Program-made: the position numbers and the translations under genes
Shown: in pieces, positions 51,591 to 62,520 of the stretch
How the letters are laid out: each line of letters opens with the position of its first letter
Numbering within the stretch: position 1 is the first letter of the stretch
Assembly: GCA_963681965.1 (NCBI GenBank)
Contig: OY820579.1
Coordinates: 1,888,001 to 1,952,000, forward strand
Source: a bacterium
Lineage (GTDB): Bacteria; Electryoneota; JAOADG01
Direction of reading: 5' to 3'
Length of the DNA: 64,000 nt
The notes under the pieces: model-generated
What the model saw: only the letters and a program-made list of their open reading frames with translations
Databases searched by the model: none
What the model was told of the DNA's origin: nothing

Positions 51591-51816
51591 ATTACTTAAT
51601 ATGCTATCGAAACTGCTACAATCGCAATTCCCATGCAACCGTTTGTAAAATCACTACCTTCCAAATCCGCTCAAACCTATAGATTATTACAAATTTCAGA
51701 GATAACTTTTGTGAAATACTGAACAAATTTGATTTTCTAGTGGATTGCTTTCTTCCGCATTATATTACCCCGAGTCTTTCTAGGTATCGCATTTATCAGC
51801 TTCCTTAGGAGCGCGA

Positions 51817-52473
51817 ATGAACTGGCTGTTACGGATGTTATCGTCATCGATCGGTAAGAAAATCTTCATGGCGATTTCAGGTTTAATGCTAATCGGATTC
51901 CTGTTGGTGCATCTGGCAGGGAACTTCTCGATTTATGGCGGCAAGCCGGCACTTGCCGTGTATGCTCACACTCTCCATTTGGCGGGACCGCTAATCATCC
52001 TCGCTGAAATTATACTCGGATCGATTTTCGCTGCTCATATTACACTGGGTACAATCCTGTTTTTCAAGAATCGCCGAGCGCGACCGAGGCAATACGCTGT
52101 GAATCAAGATCGCGGTGGTCAGACATTTTCCAGTGTCACAATGCCATACAGTGGATTGCTGATCTTGGGTTTTCTGATTTTCCATTTGCTTGATTATACC
52201 GTTCAGAATTACCTCAATCATTGGACTGGCGAAGAACTTTCGCTCGCGGTATTCCAATCGTTCACTAGTCTTGGTCGGGTAGTATTCTATGTAGCGATGG
52301 TGGCAGTGGTCGGTATTCATATCAATCACGGCTTTTGGAGCTTGTTTCAAACGCTTGGTATAGGATCGTCGCGACATACTCCCGCACTGAAGAAACTGGC
52401 AACGCTACTCGGTTTTGTGTTTGCAGTCGGTTTCGGGTTACTGCCGATTTACGCTATGTCGTTTGTGAAGTGA
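51817..52473 (+). CDS. sdhC: Succinate dehydrogenase / fumarate reductase cytochrome b subunit
   Basis: SSIGKK..MA.SG, VHLAGN, AH, FHL, H..HGFWS.FQTLG. Confidence 0.92.
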   Translation: MNWLLRMLSSSIGKKIFMAISGLMLIGFLLVHLAGNFSIYGGKPALAVYAHTLHLAGPLIILAEIILGSIFAAHITLGTILFFKNRRARPRQYAVNQDRGGQTFSSVTMPYSGLLILGFLIFHLLDYTVQNYLNHWTGEELSLAVFQSFTSLGRVVFYVAMVAVVGIHINHGFWSLFQTLGIGSSRHTPALKKLATLLGFVFAVGFGLLPIYAMSFVK

Positions 52474-52480
52474 GGTATTC

Positions 52481-54394
52481 ATGAAACTAGATTCGAAAAT
52501 TCCCTCGGGACCGATTACTGAAAAATGGACAAAACACCGCTTCGACATGAAGTTGATCAATCCTGCCAACAAGCGGAAATACGACTTAATCGTGGTGGGT
52601 ACGGGTTTGGCTGGCGCTTCGGCGGCTGCTTCGCTCTCGGAACTTGGTTACAATGTCAAGGTGTTCACATTGCACGATTCCCCTCGTCGAGCGCATAGCA
52701 TTGCCGCCCAGGGTGGCATCAACGCTGCGAAAAACTATCCCAATGACGGCGACTCGATTTGGCGATTGTTCTATGACACCGTCAAAGGTGGCGATTATCG
52801 CGCTCGCGAAGCGAACGTATACCGCCTTGCAGAAGTCAGCAATAATATCATCGATCAGTGCGTTGGTCAGGGTGTTCCGTTTGCCCGCGAATACGGCGGA
52901 TTGCTTGACAATCGCAGCTTTGGTGGCGCTCAAGTGTCGCGGACGTTTTATGCCCGAGGTCAAACCGGTCAACAACTTCTTTTAGGCGCTTACAGCGCAC
53001 TCATGAAAGAAGTATCGCGGGGATCGGTACAGATGTATACCCGCCGCGATCTGGTCGATATCGTCGTAGTCGATGGTCAAGCGCGTGGTATCGTTGTTCG
53101 AAATTTGATCGATGGTAAACTCGAATCCTATTCCGGACACGCAGTCATCCTTTGTACTGGTGGCTACGGAAACACTTATTTCTTGTCGACAAATGCGATG
53201 AATTGCAACGTTTCCGCTGCAATGGCTGCCTATAAAAAAGGGGCTGCGTTCGCCAATCCGTGCTTCACGCAAATCCATCCAACCTGTATCCCCGTTCATG
53301 GTGATTATCAATCGAAATTGACACTAATGAGCGAGAGCTTGCGCAATGACGGTCGAGTTTGGGTTCCGCGCACCGCGAAGGATCCTCGTCAACCCTCACA
53401 AATCCCGGAATCGGAACGTTACTATTACCTCGAAGAGCGGTACCCGAGCTTCGGTAATCTTGTTCCGCGCGACGTGGCTTCGCGAGCAGCTAAACTGGTT
53501 TGTGACAATGGAATGGGTGTTGGTTCGACGAATTTAGCCGTCTATCTCGATTTCTCCGATTCAATCAAGCGATTGGGTAAGCATGTTATCGTCGAACGGT
53601 ACGGCAACTTGTTCGATATGTATGAAAAGATCACCGGAGTGAATCCCTATCAAGAACCGATGATGATTTATCCGGCGATCCACTATGCAATGGGTGGTAT
53701 CTGGGTCGACTACAACTTAATGTCGACCTTACCCGGTCTGCATGTCTTGGGCGAAGCGAATTTCAGCGATCACGGTGCGAATCGGCTTGGTGCTAGCGCC
53801 TTGATGCAAGGACTTGCCGACGGTTATTTCGTGATTCCTTACACCATCGGGCATTATCTCGCGACTGCTAAATTTTCCAAAGTCGACACCAATCAAGCTG
53901 AATTCAAAGCTGCTGAACAGGCGGAAGCAGCTAAGATTAAACGGTTAATGTCGATTGACGGCAAGCGCAATGTTGACGATTTCCACCGTGAACTTGGCAA
54001 GATCATGTGGGACAATGTTGGCATGGGTCGGAACGAAAAAGGCTTGAAACTTGCATTGGATCGCATTCCCACACTGCGTGAAGAATTCTGGAAAAATTTG
54101 AAAGTGACCGGAACCGCCGATAGTTTCAATCAGACCCTTGAAAAAGCTTATCGGGTTGCTGATTTCCTTGAATTTTCCGAATTATTGACGCTCGATGCGT
54201 TGACTCGTAAAGAATCCTGCGGTGGACATTTCCGGGAAGAATCGCAGACCGAAGACAATGAAGCAAAACGCGACGACGAGAACTTCTGTCATGCTGCAGT
54301 TTGGGAATTCAACGGCGAGAACAAAGCGCCAACGCTCCATACCGAACCGTTACAATTCGAACACGTGCACCCTTCGCAGAGGAGTTACAAATAA
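52481..54394 (+). CDS. sdhA: Succinate dehydrogenase / fumarate reductase flavoprotein subunit
   Basis: [42 protein letters not shown]. Confidence 0.96.
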   Translation: MKLDSKIPSGPITEKWTKHRFDMKLINPANKRKYDLIVVGTGLAGASAAASLSELGYNVKVFTLHDSPRRAHSIAAQGGINAAKNYPNDGDSIWRLFYDTVKGGDYRAREANVYRLAEVSNNIIDQCVGQGVPFAREYGGLLDNRSFGGAQVSRTFYARGQTGQQLLLGAYSALMKEVSRGSVQMYTRRDLVDIVVVDGQARGIVVRNLIDGKLESYSGHAVILCTGGYGNTYFLSTNAMNCNVSAAMAAYKKGAAFANPCFTQIHPTCIPVHGDYQSKLTLMSESLRNDGRVWVPRTAKDPRQPSQIPESERYYYLEERYPSFGNLVPRDVASRAAKLVCDNGMGVGSTNLAVYLDFSDSIKRLGKHVIVERYGNLFDMYEKITGVNPYQEPMMIYPAIHYAMGGIWVDYNLMSTLPGLHVLGEANFSDHGANRLGASALMQGLADGYFVIPYTIGHYLATAKFSKVDTNQAEFKAAEQAEAAKIKRLMSIDGKRNVDDFHRELGKIMWDNVGMGRNEKGLKLALDRIPTLREEFWKNLKVTGTADSFNQTLEKAYRVADFLEFSELLTLDALTRKESCGGHFREESQTEDNEAKRDDENFCHAAVWEFNGENKAPTLHTEPLQFEHVHPSQRSYK

Positions 54395-55188
54395 TGAGCG
54401 CGAATCACTCCGATACGATTAATCTGACCCTGAAAGTATGGCGGCAAGCGAATACCAGTGCTTCCGGTCAGTTTGAAACTTATCCTGCGAATAATATCTC
54501 GACGGAAATGTCGTTCCTTGAGATGCTCGATGTCGTGAATGACCAGCTCGCATTGAAGGGGATTGAACCGATCGCATTCGATCACGATTGCCGCGAAGGG
54601 ATCTGCGGATGCTGTGGTGCAGTGATTAACGGTCAGGCACACGGCAGATTGAAAGGCACTACGCTTTGTCAATTGCACATGCGCTGGTTTAAAGATGGTG
54701 AGACATTATGGATCGAACCGTTCCGCGCGGCAGCATTTCCCATAATCAAAGATCTGGTCGTGAATCGAAGTGCTTTCGACCAGATTATCTCCGCTGGCGG
54801 TTTTATTTCGGTGAAAACCAATTCTGTCCCTAACGCCAACGTAATTCTGATTCCGAAGGATGATGCCGAACTTGCGATGGATGCCGCCGCTTGTATCGGA
54901 TGTGGTGCATGTGTAGCCGCGTGTCCCAATGGGTCGGCAATGTTGTTTGTTTCTGCCAAAATCAGCCATATGGGTCATTTGCCGCAGGGTCAACCGGAAC
55001 GGTACCAACGAGTGCTGGGAATGGTAAAAAAGATGGACGAATTGGGATTTGGTAACTGCACGAATCATTTGGAATGTGAAGCGTCTTGCCCGAAAGAAAT
55101 TAAAATCACCAATATCACGAGGTTAAATCGAGATTATCTAGTAGCGAAATTAGCCAAAGGAGATCCGGTAGACAATTCTAACGAGTAG
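54394..55188 (+). CDS. sdhB: Succinate dehydrogenase / fumarate reductase Fe-S subunit
   Basis: [23 protein letters not shown]...ECEASCPK; ATG overlaps the sdhA stop (TAATG). Confidence 0.95.
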   Translation: MSANHSDTINLTLKVWRQANTSASGQFETYPANNISTEMSFLEMLDVVNDQLALKGIEPIAFDHDCREGICGCCGAVINGQAHGRLKGTTLCQLHMRWFKDGETLWIEPFRAAAFPIIKDLVVNRSAFDQIISAGGFISVKTNSVPNANVILIPKDDAELAMDAAACIGCGACVAACPNGSAMLFVSAKISHMGHLPQGQPERYQRVLGMVKKMDELGFGNCTNHLECEASCPKEIKITNITRLNRDYLVAKLAKGDPVDNSNE

Positions 55189-55221
55189 TATTTCTCAAGA
55201 AAAAAGTATATATTTATGCTC

Positions 55222-55325
55222 TCGTGTGGTACATGGCGAGTAAGCAGTGAGTTGTTTCGGTAACGATTCTCTAGAGAAACTGTAATCGATTGTACTTGAT
55301 GCTTACGTGAAAGTCAACCACACGA
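55222..55325 (+). ncRNA. Candidate structured leader RNA upstream of the KimA-like transporters
   Basis: Nested stems TCGTGTGGT/ACCACACGA and GTAAGCA/TGCTTAC with internal TTCTCTAGAGAA palindrome; family not recognised. Confidence 0.35.
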
Positions 55326-55375
55326 TTCTATTTTTAGCTGGTTTTACGTTCTGTGTTGTAGTGTTGTAACGACTT

Positions 55376-57418
55376 ATGGACGAATCAATTCCTCGGGCAA
55401 TTCTTCACAAGTTCAAGCGATATATCGTTGGACCTGCCCGTGATTTAACTGACCGCTCGATTTTTCACAAAATCTCGTTGATCGCCTTTTTTGCCTGGGT
55501 CGGTCTTGGAGCGGATGGTCTCTCCTCGTCCTGTTATGGTCCTGAAGAAATTTTCCGGGTCCTGCATCTTCACCCCTACCTCGCTATCTTTGTCGGTATT
55601 GGCACTGCGATCACGATTTTTATCATTAGTGCCAGTTATTCCCAACTGATCGAATTGTTTCCATACGGTGGTGGCGGCTATCTCGTTGCCAGCAAATTGC
55701 TCTCCCCGAAAGTTGGGATGATTGCCGGCTGCTCACTCCTAATCGATTATATCTTAACGATTGCATTATCGGTCGCCAGTGGTGTCGATGCCTTCTTCAG
55801 CATGTTACCACCGGAATGGCAGGCTTTCAAGCTGTCGATTGCTCTGACCGGTGTCTTTATGCTGATTGTGCTCAATTTGCGTGGCGTGAAAGAATCGGTT
55901 TTACCATTGCTACCTATCTTTATAATTTTTCTTTTAACTCACACATTTGTAATTATATACGGATTTTTCTCACACGCTCTGGATTTCCCGCAATTAGTCC
56001 AAAATACGCAATCGGATTTAAGTTCATCTTTCAATGAATTGGGTATCGTCGGTGCTCTGCTATTAATGATGAAAGCCTACTCGATGGGTGCCGGTACGTA
56101 TACCGGTATCGAAGCTGTCAGTAACGGGATGCCGATCTTGCGGGAACCGAAGATTCAAACCGCTCATCGCACGATGCGCTATATGTCGATATCGTTGGCA
56201 TTTACTGCGATGGGTTTGATCACAGCCTATGCATTGTTCCAAGTGTCGCCCAGCGATACCAAGACGTTGAATGCGGTGTTGCTGGATAGTGTTACAAGCG
56301 CTTGGTCGCCACTGGTGAGTTCGACATTTGTCATTATAACGCTGATTAGCGAAACCGCTATGCTATTTGTCGCAGCGCAGACTGGTTTCATCGGTGGTCC
56401 GGCAGTTCTGGCAAATATGGCGATCGATCGCTGGTTTCCCACCAAATTTGCGTCTTTAAGTGACCGTTTCGTCACTCATAACGGCATCATCATGATGGGT
56501 TTAGCTGCGATTGTGATATTGCTGATCAGCCTTGGTTCGGTCCATTATCTCGTAATTCTCTATTCTATCAACGTATTTATTACGTTCACCTTGTCTCAAC
56601 TTGGGATGGTGAAACACTGGTGGAATGTGAAATCGACTGAACCGAAGTGGTTGTGGAAGTTGTCGATCAACGGTGTTGGTCTGCTATTAACAACCTTTAT
56701 TCTAATTTCAGTCGTAATCTTGAAATTTGGTGAAGGCGGTTGGATCACGTTGATCATCACTGGAAGTTTAGTTGCCTTCGTGAGTTTGATTCGGAAGCAA
56801 TACGAGATTACCAGTAAGCGATTGACGCATCTGGATGCGTTAGTCGAAGCGACTGAAATGGCGCCGATGTCGAGCTTAAGTGCTCGCAATGGTAAGAGCG
56901 AGATTTCGTTCGACCCCACGGGTAAGACTGCTGTAATCTTGGTCAGCGGTTTCAATGGTCCCGGTCTTCATACCTTTTTCACAGTGTTGCGTCAATTTAA
57001 AGATGTATTCAAGAACTTTGTCTTTATATGTGTCGGTCAAATCGATGCCGGGAACTTTAAAGGTATTGAAGAACTGGATAATTTGAAGATCCACGTCAAA
57101 GAAGAAGTTCAACGGTATGAAAAACTAGCTTTATCCCACGGGATTTACGCCAAGGGAATAGATTTAATCGGTACCGATGTCGTGGAAGCGATCACAGAAA
57201 AAGCGCCGGAAATTATGGAAACATACAAGAATGCGATCTTTTTCGGCACTCAAACGATCTTTACCGACGAATTAGTCTTTTCACGGTGGCTTCACAACTA
57301 CACTCTTTTCTCGCTGCAGCAAAGATTGAGTTATCACGGTATTCCGCTGCTGATTATTCCCATTCGGACCTATAAGGAAGAAGACGATCTTCGCCGTGGT
57401 GTTCCGAGTATTGTATAA
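55376..57418 (+). CDS. APC-family permease, KimA/YdaO-like K+ transporter
   Basis: ADGLSSSCYGPEE, GGGGY, LLIDYILT, NLRGVKES, TGIEAVSNG; cytoplasmic C-terminal domain. Confidence 0.85.
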   Translation: MDESIPRAILHKFKRYIVGPARDLTDRSIFHKISLIAFFAWVGLGADGLSSSCYGPEEIFRVLHLHPYLAIFVGIGTAITIFIISASYSQLIELFPYGGGGYLVASKLLSPKVGMIAGCSLLIDYILTIALSVASGVDAFFSMLPPEWQAFKLSIALTGVFMLIVLNLRGVKESVLPLLPIFIIFLLTHTFVIIYGFFSHALDFPQLVQNTQSDLSSSFNELGIVGALLLMMKAYSMGAGTYTGIEAVSNGMPILREPKIQTAHRTMRYMSISLAFTAMGLITAYALFQVSPSDTKTLNAVLLDSVTSAWSPLVSSTFVIITLISETAMLFVAAQTGFIGGPAVLANMAIDRWFPTKFASLSDRFVTHNGIIMMGLAAIVILLISLGSVHYLVILYSINVFITFTLSQLGMVKHWWNVKSTEPKWLWKLSINGVGLLLTTFILISVVILKFGEGGWITLIITGSLVAFVSLIRKQYEITSKRLTHLDALVEATEMAPMSSLSARNGKSEISFDPTGKTAVILVSGFNGPGLHTFFTVLRQFKDVFKNFVFICVGQIDAGNFKGIEELDNLKIHVKEEVQRYEKLALSHGIYAKGIDLIGTDVVEAITEKAPEIMETYKNAIFFGTQTIFTDELVFSRWLHNYTLFSLQQRLSYHGIPLLIIPIRTYKEEDDLRRGVPSIV

Positions 57419-57447
57419 CAAGGTTTATTCGTAGCAGGAATTCAGAA

Positions 57448-59475
57448 GTGTCTCCAACTATTTTCCATCGTGTCAAGCGGGTGGTTTTGGGTCCTGCACG
57501 TGATGTCACCGACCGGTCGATCTTCCATAAACTCTCGTTGATTGCGTTTTTCGCGTGGGTCGGTCTCGGTGCCGACGGTCTCTCTTCTTCGTGTTACGGT
57601 CCCGAAGAAATGTTCCGGGTGCTCCATCTACATCCGTTTCTCGCAGTATTTGTTGCGATTGGAACGGCAATCACCATCTTCACGATTAGTGCCAGCTATT
57701 CGCAAATCATTTCGCTTTTCCCCTCGGGTGGCGGTGGCTACTTGGTTGCAAGTAAGCTACTATCCCCGAAAGTGGGGATGGTCTCCGGTTGTACGCTGCT
57801 GATTGATTATATTTTGACGATTGCGTTATCGGTGGCTAGTGGTATCGATGCTTTATTCAGTCTGTTTCCCCCACAATATCATGTTTACAAACTGCCGCTA
57901 ATCATGGTAGGAATACTGTTCTTGATTTTGCTCAATCTGCGTGGTGTAAAAGAATCAGTCATTACATTACTGCCGATCTTTCTTGCCTTTGTTGTTACTC
58001 ATTTGATCGTGATAGTCTATGTATTCGGAGTTCATTCGCTTGATTTACCGACATTAGTACAAAATACCAGTTCCGATATGACGGTTTCATTTAAGGAATT
58101 GGGTTTCTTCGGCGCGCTGGCATTGATGATGAAGGCATATTCGATGGGTGCCGGTACCTATACGGGAATTGAAGCGGTCAGCAACGGTATGCCGATTCTA
58201 CGCGAACCAAAGATCCAAACGGCACACCGGACGATGCGCTATATGTCGATTTCGTTGGCTTTCACTGCTGTTGGATTGATTACTGCCTATGCTCTATACG
58301 AACTGAAACCGAGTGATACCCAAACGTTGAATGCCGTGTTATTTGAGCGAATCACCGCGAATTGGACGGCGCCGTTTGGATCGATCTTTGTTTGGATAAC
58401 GTTGCTTAGCGAAACGGCATTGCTCTTTGTAGCTGCACAAACAGGTTTTCTCGACGGTCCTCGGGTTCTGGCAAATATGGCATTGGATAAATGGTTTCCT
58501 ACGAAATTTGCCTCGCTTAGCGATCGGTTTGTCACTCACAATGGCATCATCATGATGGGTGTCGCTGCCGGGATTGTGCTGGCGATCAGTCTGGGTTCGG
58601 TACATTATTTGGTTGTGTTGTATTCGATCAACGTCTTCATCACATTTTCGTTGTCCCAATTGGGAATGGTCAGACATTGGTGGCAAGTGCGGAATAGTGA
58701 ACCGAAGTGGCGACGCAAACTTATCGTGAATGGTGTCGGTTTAATGATGACTTCGTTTATTTTAATTTCGGTAATCGTGCTCAAATTCGAGGAAGGCGGT
58801 TGGATCACGTTGCTGATAACGGGGAGTCTCGTTGCTTTTGTCTCGCTCATTCAATGGCAGTACAAAGTAACTTCGCAGCGGTTGAAACATCTGGATACAT
58901 TGGTGGAAGCAACCGAATTACAGCCGGCAATCAATGAGAGAAAATCGCAGCCGGTAAATACCGAATTCGATCCGTTTGCTCCCACTGCCGTCATTTTGGT
59001 CAGTGGTTTCAATGGTCCTGGACTTCACACATTCTTCACTGTACTTCGGCGATTTAAAAATGTATACAAAAACTTCGTGTTCGTTTCTGTCGGGTCAGTC
59101 GATGCTGGAAATTTCAAAGGAATCGAAGAGATCGACCATCTAACGGAACACGTAAAAACCGAAGTTGATCGATATGTTCGGCTGGCGCAAACGCATGGAT
59201 TTTATGCGGAATCTTTTCCGTTAATTGGAACCGATGTCGTTCAAACGATCATGGAAAATTCGCCGCAAATTATGAAAAAATTCCCGAATGCAATTTTCTT
59301 CGGTACCCAGATTATTTTTACGGAAGAAATTGTCTTCTCGCGCTGGCTACATAATTACACACTATTCGCCATCCAACGTAAATTGAGTTACGACGGTATA
59401 CCGATGCTGGTCATCCCCATTCGCACCTACCGGGAAGCCGACGATTTACAAAAGGGCGCCGTTACGGCGCGTTAA
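57448..59475 (+). CDS. APC-family permease, KimA/YdaO-like K+ transporter (tandem paralog)
   Basis: Same motifs, colinear with 55376..57418; GTG start. Confidence 0.85.
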   Translation: MSPTIFHRVKRVVLGPARDVTDRSIFHKLSLIAFFAWVGLGADGLSSSCYGPEEMFRVLHLHPFLAVFVAIGTAITIFTISASYSQIISLFPSGGGGYLVASKLLSPKVGMVSGCTLLIDYILTIALSVASGIDALFSLFPPQYHVYKLPLIMVGILFLILLNLRGVKESVITLLPIFLAFVVTHLIVIVYVFGVHSLDLPTLVQNTSSDMTVSFKELGFFGALALMMKAYSMGAGTYTGIEAVSNGMPILREPKIQTAHRTMRYMSISLAFTAVGLITAYALYELKPSDTQTLNAVLFERITANWTAPFGSIFVWITLLSETALLFVAAQTGFLDGPRVLANMALDKWFPTKFASLSDRFVTHNGIIMMGVAAGIVLAISLGSVHYLVVLYSINVFITFSLSQLGMVRHWWQVRNSEPKWRRKLIVNGVGLMMTSFILISVIVLKFEEGGWITLLITGSLVAFVSLIQWQYKVTSQRLKHLDTLVEATELQPAINERKSQPVNTEFDPFAPTAVILVSGFNGPGLHTFFTVLRRFKNVYKNFVFVSVGSVDAGNFKGIEEIDHLTEHVKTEVDRYVRLAQTHGFYAESFPLIGTDVVQTIMENSPQIMKKFPNAIFFGTQIIFTEEIVFSRWLHNYTLFAIQRKLSYDGIPMLVIPIRTYREADDLQKGAVTAR

Positions 59476-59497
59476 GCCAATTGAAGGAGTTACCACT

Positions 59498-59704
59498 ATG
59501 ATGGGATTACCGTTGACAGGCGTATGTCCGCATTGCAAGCAGAGTACCGGGATTGAATCCGAAACGCGCAATCTCCCGTCTTCCGGCGGAAGCTTTCCGG
59601 TTGCAATCGTACGATGTGCCTCGTGTAAATCGATTTTAGGTGTGACATTAACCCGGGAAGCAATTCAGGATGCCGTGAAAGAAGCGGTAAAACGGATTGG
59701 ATAG
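59498..59704 (+). CDS. Small zinc-ribbon protein
   Basis: RBS AAGGAG; CPHC...CASC. Confidence 0.65.
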   Translation: MMGLPLTGVCPHCKQSTGIESETRNLPSSGGSFPVAIVRCASCKSILGVTLTREAIQDAVKEAVKRIG

Positions 59705-59740
59705 TTTCAATAATTCACGAAATTTGATACCAAACAAAAC

Positions 59741-59766
59741 AGGGGCGAATGTGATTTTCGCCCCTG
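59741..59766. terminator. REP-like hairpin between convergent genes
   Basis: AGGGGCGAATGTGATTTTCGCCCCTG, similar to the REP at 14909. Confidence 0.55.
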
Positions 59767-59790
59767 CTCGATTTAATACTACATGACTTG

Positions 59791-62520
59791 TTACTTCAGG
59801 TAAACTGCTTTACGGGTGGTGATGAAATTCGGTGACTTCATCGTGATGAAGTAAATCCCCGCTGAAAGATTATTCGTCTCTCCCGACCACACAATTGAAT
59901 GTATTCCGGCATCGAAATCCCGATCGCACAGTGTCGAAACCTGTCGTCCGGCGGCATCGAATACCGTTACTTGAACGCGGCTCGTTTGCGGTACGGCAAA
60001 TCGAATCGTAGTCGAAGCATTGAATGGATTCGGTGCAATTGCATGCAAAGCAAATTTCGTGGGAATTGTAGAAATTGCTTGATCGGTGGGATTTTCAGAC
60101 TCGATTCTACCGATCGACTTCGGATCCTCGCCCTTATCACCCTTCGAATCTGCAACATCGTTGTTGATGTAAGTGTCGATTGGCGCAAGGAACGGAGGAG
60201 TCAGGTCAAACGGATCCGGAGTGAATATACTGTAAATCGAAACTACTTGGTTAGTGGTATTTAATCCGGCAAATTTGCCAACAATTGCCCACCGATCGCC
60301 GTCCTGACCATCCGACTGCCAAGTAATCACTCGCCGAATTTCAAAGATATCGTTTTGTGAAAAATTGGTATAATAATTATGATCCCATCCCTGCCACCGG
60401 GTTGGATTCGGATAATTTGGAGCGATCGCGACTACTGGACTGGTTTGAACATATGTTTCGGGTTGTGAATTTACGATTACTGGAGTAGTAAGTGCCGTAC
60501 CTAAAACCGGCGACCAAACCTCAACAACATTTTTATCGCGTTCACTGGTTCCATACTGGTCATACACGACACAATATCGAGTACCGGAAAAAGCGATTTG
60601 AGGATAGGCGTAGTATCGATTTCGCTCTCCTGTGAAAAAGAAATCTGTGTTGATGGTATTGATATCAAGAATTGTATTGTCGGCAACCCTCACATTACCG
60701 TCGTTATATGCAATTCCGATTTGATTGTGAGTGCCGGAACAGATCGATGGATGAACATCGAAATCGTGAATATTCCAGAGATGCGTAATTCGATTCGAGT
60801 TGCCCACTTCAAAATGATGCGATCTGAGTAATTTCACATCGATTGTAGGAGGATCCTGACGTGAAGAGACGAACGTTATTGCAAAAAATCCTTCTCCCTC
60901 AACGAAACAGACATCCGGATCCATGGAGTTGGATTCAGAGACGATAGTGGGTGGAAATTCTTCAAACGGTAACCTCCCGACTGCGCGAATTTGATCGTCT
61001 GCTTGCCAGGTGATACAATATCCACCGTCATTCGAGAATGCTACTGATGGTTTGTACAAGACACGTCGAGATGGATCGGGAAATTCTGCGCTGACAACGA
61101 CATCATTTTCGGTTAATTCGTATGTTTTATAAGTTGGATTCCACCGTAACGATGATCGCTTGATCACATTGAAAAATGTGTCGTCGATATGTTCACGCCA
61201 AACCACAATTATACTCCCGTCAACCGGATTGACAGCGACATCGGGTGCATCGCATACTGTGGTAGGTCGGGGATCGTTGATTTTGAATTCTCCGGATTCG
61301 GCAAGACCCATCGGGTTGTACCACCGACCGCGAAGATAATTGGTTTGACTTAACCAGACTACAACAAAGCTCCCATCGAGTGGATTGCAGGCGATTGCAG
61401 ATTGTTCTTGAGAACCGGAAGTAGTGTAGTTGTTGACTTTCAATTCTGTCGGATTCGCGAATCCAGCGGTTTGAAGTCGACCAAAGGACGGGGCATATCC
61501 TCCTACGAATTTACCGATGCTATCGGCTGGGAAGTTGGTGAATCCTTGATGATATAAACTATCGACGAAATTCAAATGTTGACGTCGCTGCATTTCATTG
61601 ACACTCATGTTGATCACGGCTGCCTGCGCATTGGCAATATTGTTAATCGTATAGGATTTGTAAGACATCGCATGCTCGCCGAAACGAGGATTACCAAGGA
61701 CCTTTCTTACGCCCCAAAGTGTATCGCTTTCCTGAACCAGCGCATTTAGCGAATTGTCCGTGATGCCCGGCGCAATTTCGGATACGGTACGAGCTAACGC
61801 CCAACTTGCAGCAGTTGGGTGCATCGTCGAAACCGCATTGTAGTAATTTCTCGCGATCAGGTAGTTGCGGATCAAGTTGACACCGTAATACTCGGAATCA
61901 ATTGCATGAGATCGCGCATGATTGTAGCCTGTTGGATAACTGAAATTGTACCACTCCGTGTATTCGCGATTGTTGACGATGTTAGTTGCAGAGATGCCGG
62001 TACCCACTCGGTCTCGAATGGCACTCATTGAAGCTGTATCGATCGTCCCGTTGTGTTCGAATCGAAAATAATTACCCATAACGTTGTATTCGTAGGGTGC
62101 TGGACCGGGAACATTAGCTGGACCTGAAGAGCCACGACGTGCATGGGCATATGCAACGCGACGATTGGCAACGCGAACCGAATTCATTACAGTATCGACC
62201 ATAGCTGAATCGAATGCAGTGGCGATATCGGTTGCAGAACGGTATGTGAATGGTAAAAATTGACGAGGACCGCCAGCCCAACCATTGGGACAATTTCTCT
62301 GCCATACATAGGGCGGATTCATCGAGCTATCTTTCTTAGCTATTTGCCGCCATGCTTTCCAAACATTGTCGTAGGTATACAGATAATTTGAACCGAGGGG
62401 TGTACTCGTTGAAGAGACAAAGCCCATCATTCGACAGGCAGTCGCGCTATTTGCAATGATAACGACAAGAATCAGAGTAAGCAGAAGAATTGCACGGAAG
62501 GTAAATCGTTTACCAAACAT
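59791..62520 (-). CDS. Secreted class II glutamine amidotransferase-like (Ntn-hydrolase) protein with T9SS type A sorting domain
   Basis: Signal peptide ending ATA then CRMMGF; NGWAG, AHARRGS, FEHNGTI, DSE; C-terminal IAPNPFN...SAGIYFI. Confidence 0.75.
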   Translation of the reverse strand: MFGKRFTFRAILLLTLILVVIIANSATACRMMGFVSSTSTPLGSNYLYTYDNVWKAWRQIAKKDSSMNPPYVWQRNCPNGWAGGPRQFLPFTYRSATDIATAFDSAMVDTVMNSVRVANRRVAYAHARRGSSGPANVPGPAPYEYNVMGNYFRFEHNGTIDTASMSAIRDRVGTGISATNIVNNREYTEWYNFSYPTGYNHARSHAIDSEYYGVNLIRNYLIARNYYNAVSTMHPTAASWALARTVSEIAPGITDNSLNALVQESDTLWGVRKVLGNPRFGEHAMSYKSYTINNIANAQAAVINMSVNEMQRRQHLNFVDSLYHQGFTNFPADSIGKFVGGYAPSFGRLQTAGFANPTELKVNNYTTSGSQEQSAIACNPLDGSFVVVWLSQTNYLRGRWYNPMGLAESGEFKINDPRPTTVCDAPDVAVNPVDGSIIVVWREHIDDTFFNVIKRSSLRWNPTYKTYELTENDVVVSAEFPDPSRRVLYKPSVAFSNDGGYCITWQADDQIRAVGRLPFEEFPPTIVSESNSMDPDVCFVEGEGFFAITFVSSRQDPPTIDVKLLRSHHFEVGNSNRITHLWNIHDFDVHPSICSGTHNQIGIAYNDGNVRVADNTILDINTINTDFFFTGERNRYYAYPQIAFSGTRYCVVYDQYGTSERDKNVVEVWSPVLGTALTTPVIVNSQPETYVQTSPVVAIAPNYPNPTRWQGWDHNYYTNFSQNDIFEIRRVITWQSDGQDGDRWAIVGKFAGLNTTNQVVSIYSIFTPDPFDLTPPFLAPIDTYINNDVADSKGDKGEDPKSIGRIESENPTDQAISTIPTKFALHAIAPNPFNASTTIRFAVPQTSRVQVTVFDAAGRQVSTLCDRDFDAGIHSIVWSGETNNLSAGIYFITMKSPNFITTRKAVYLK

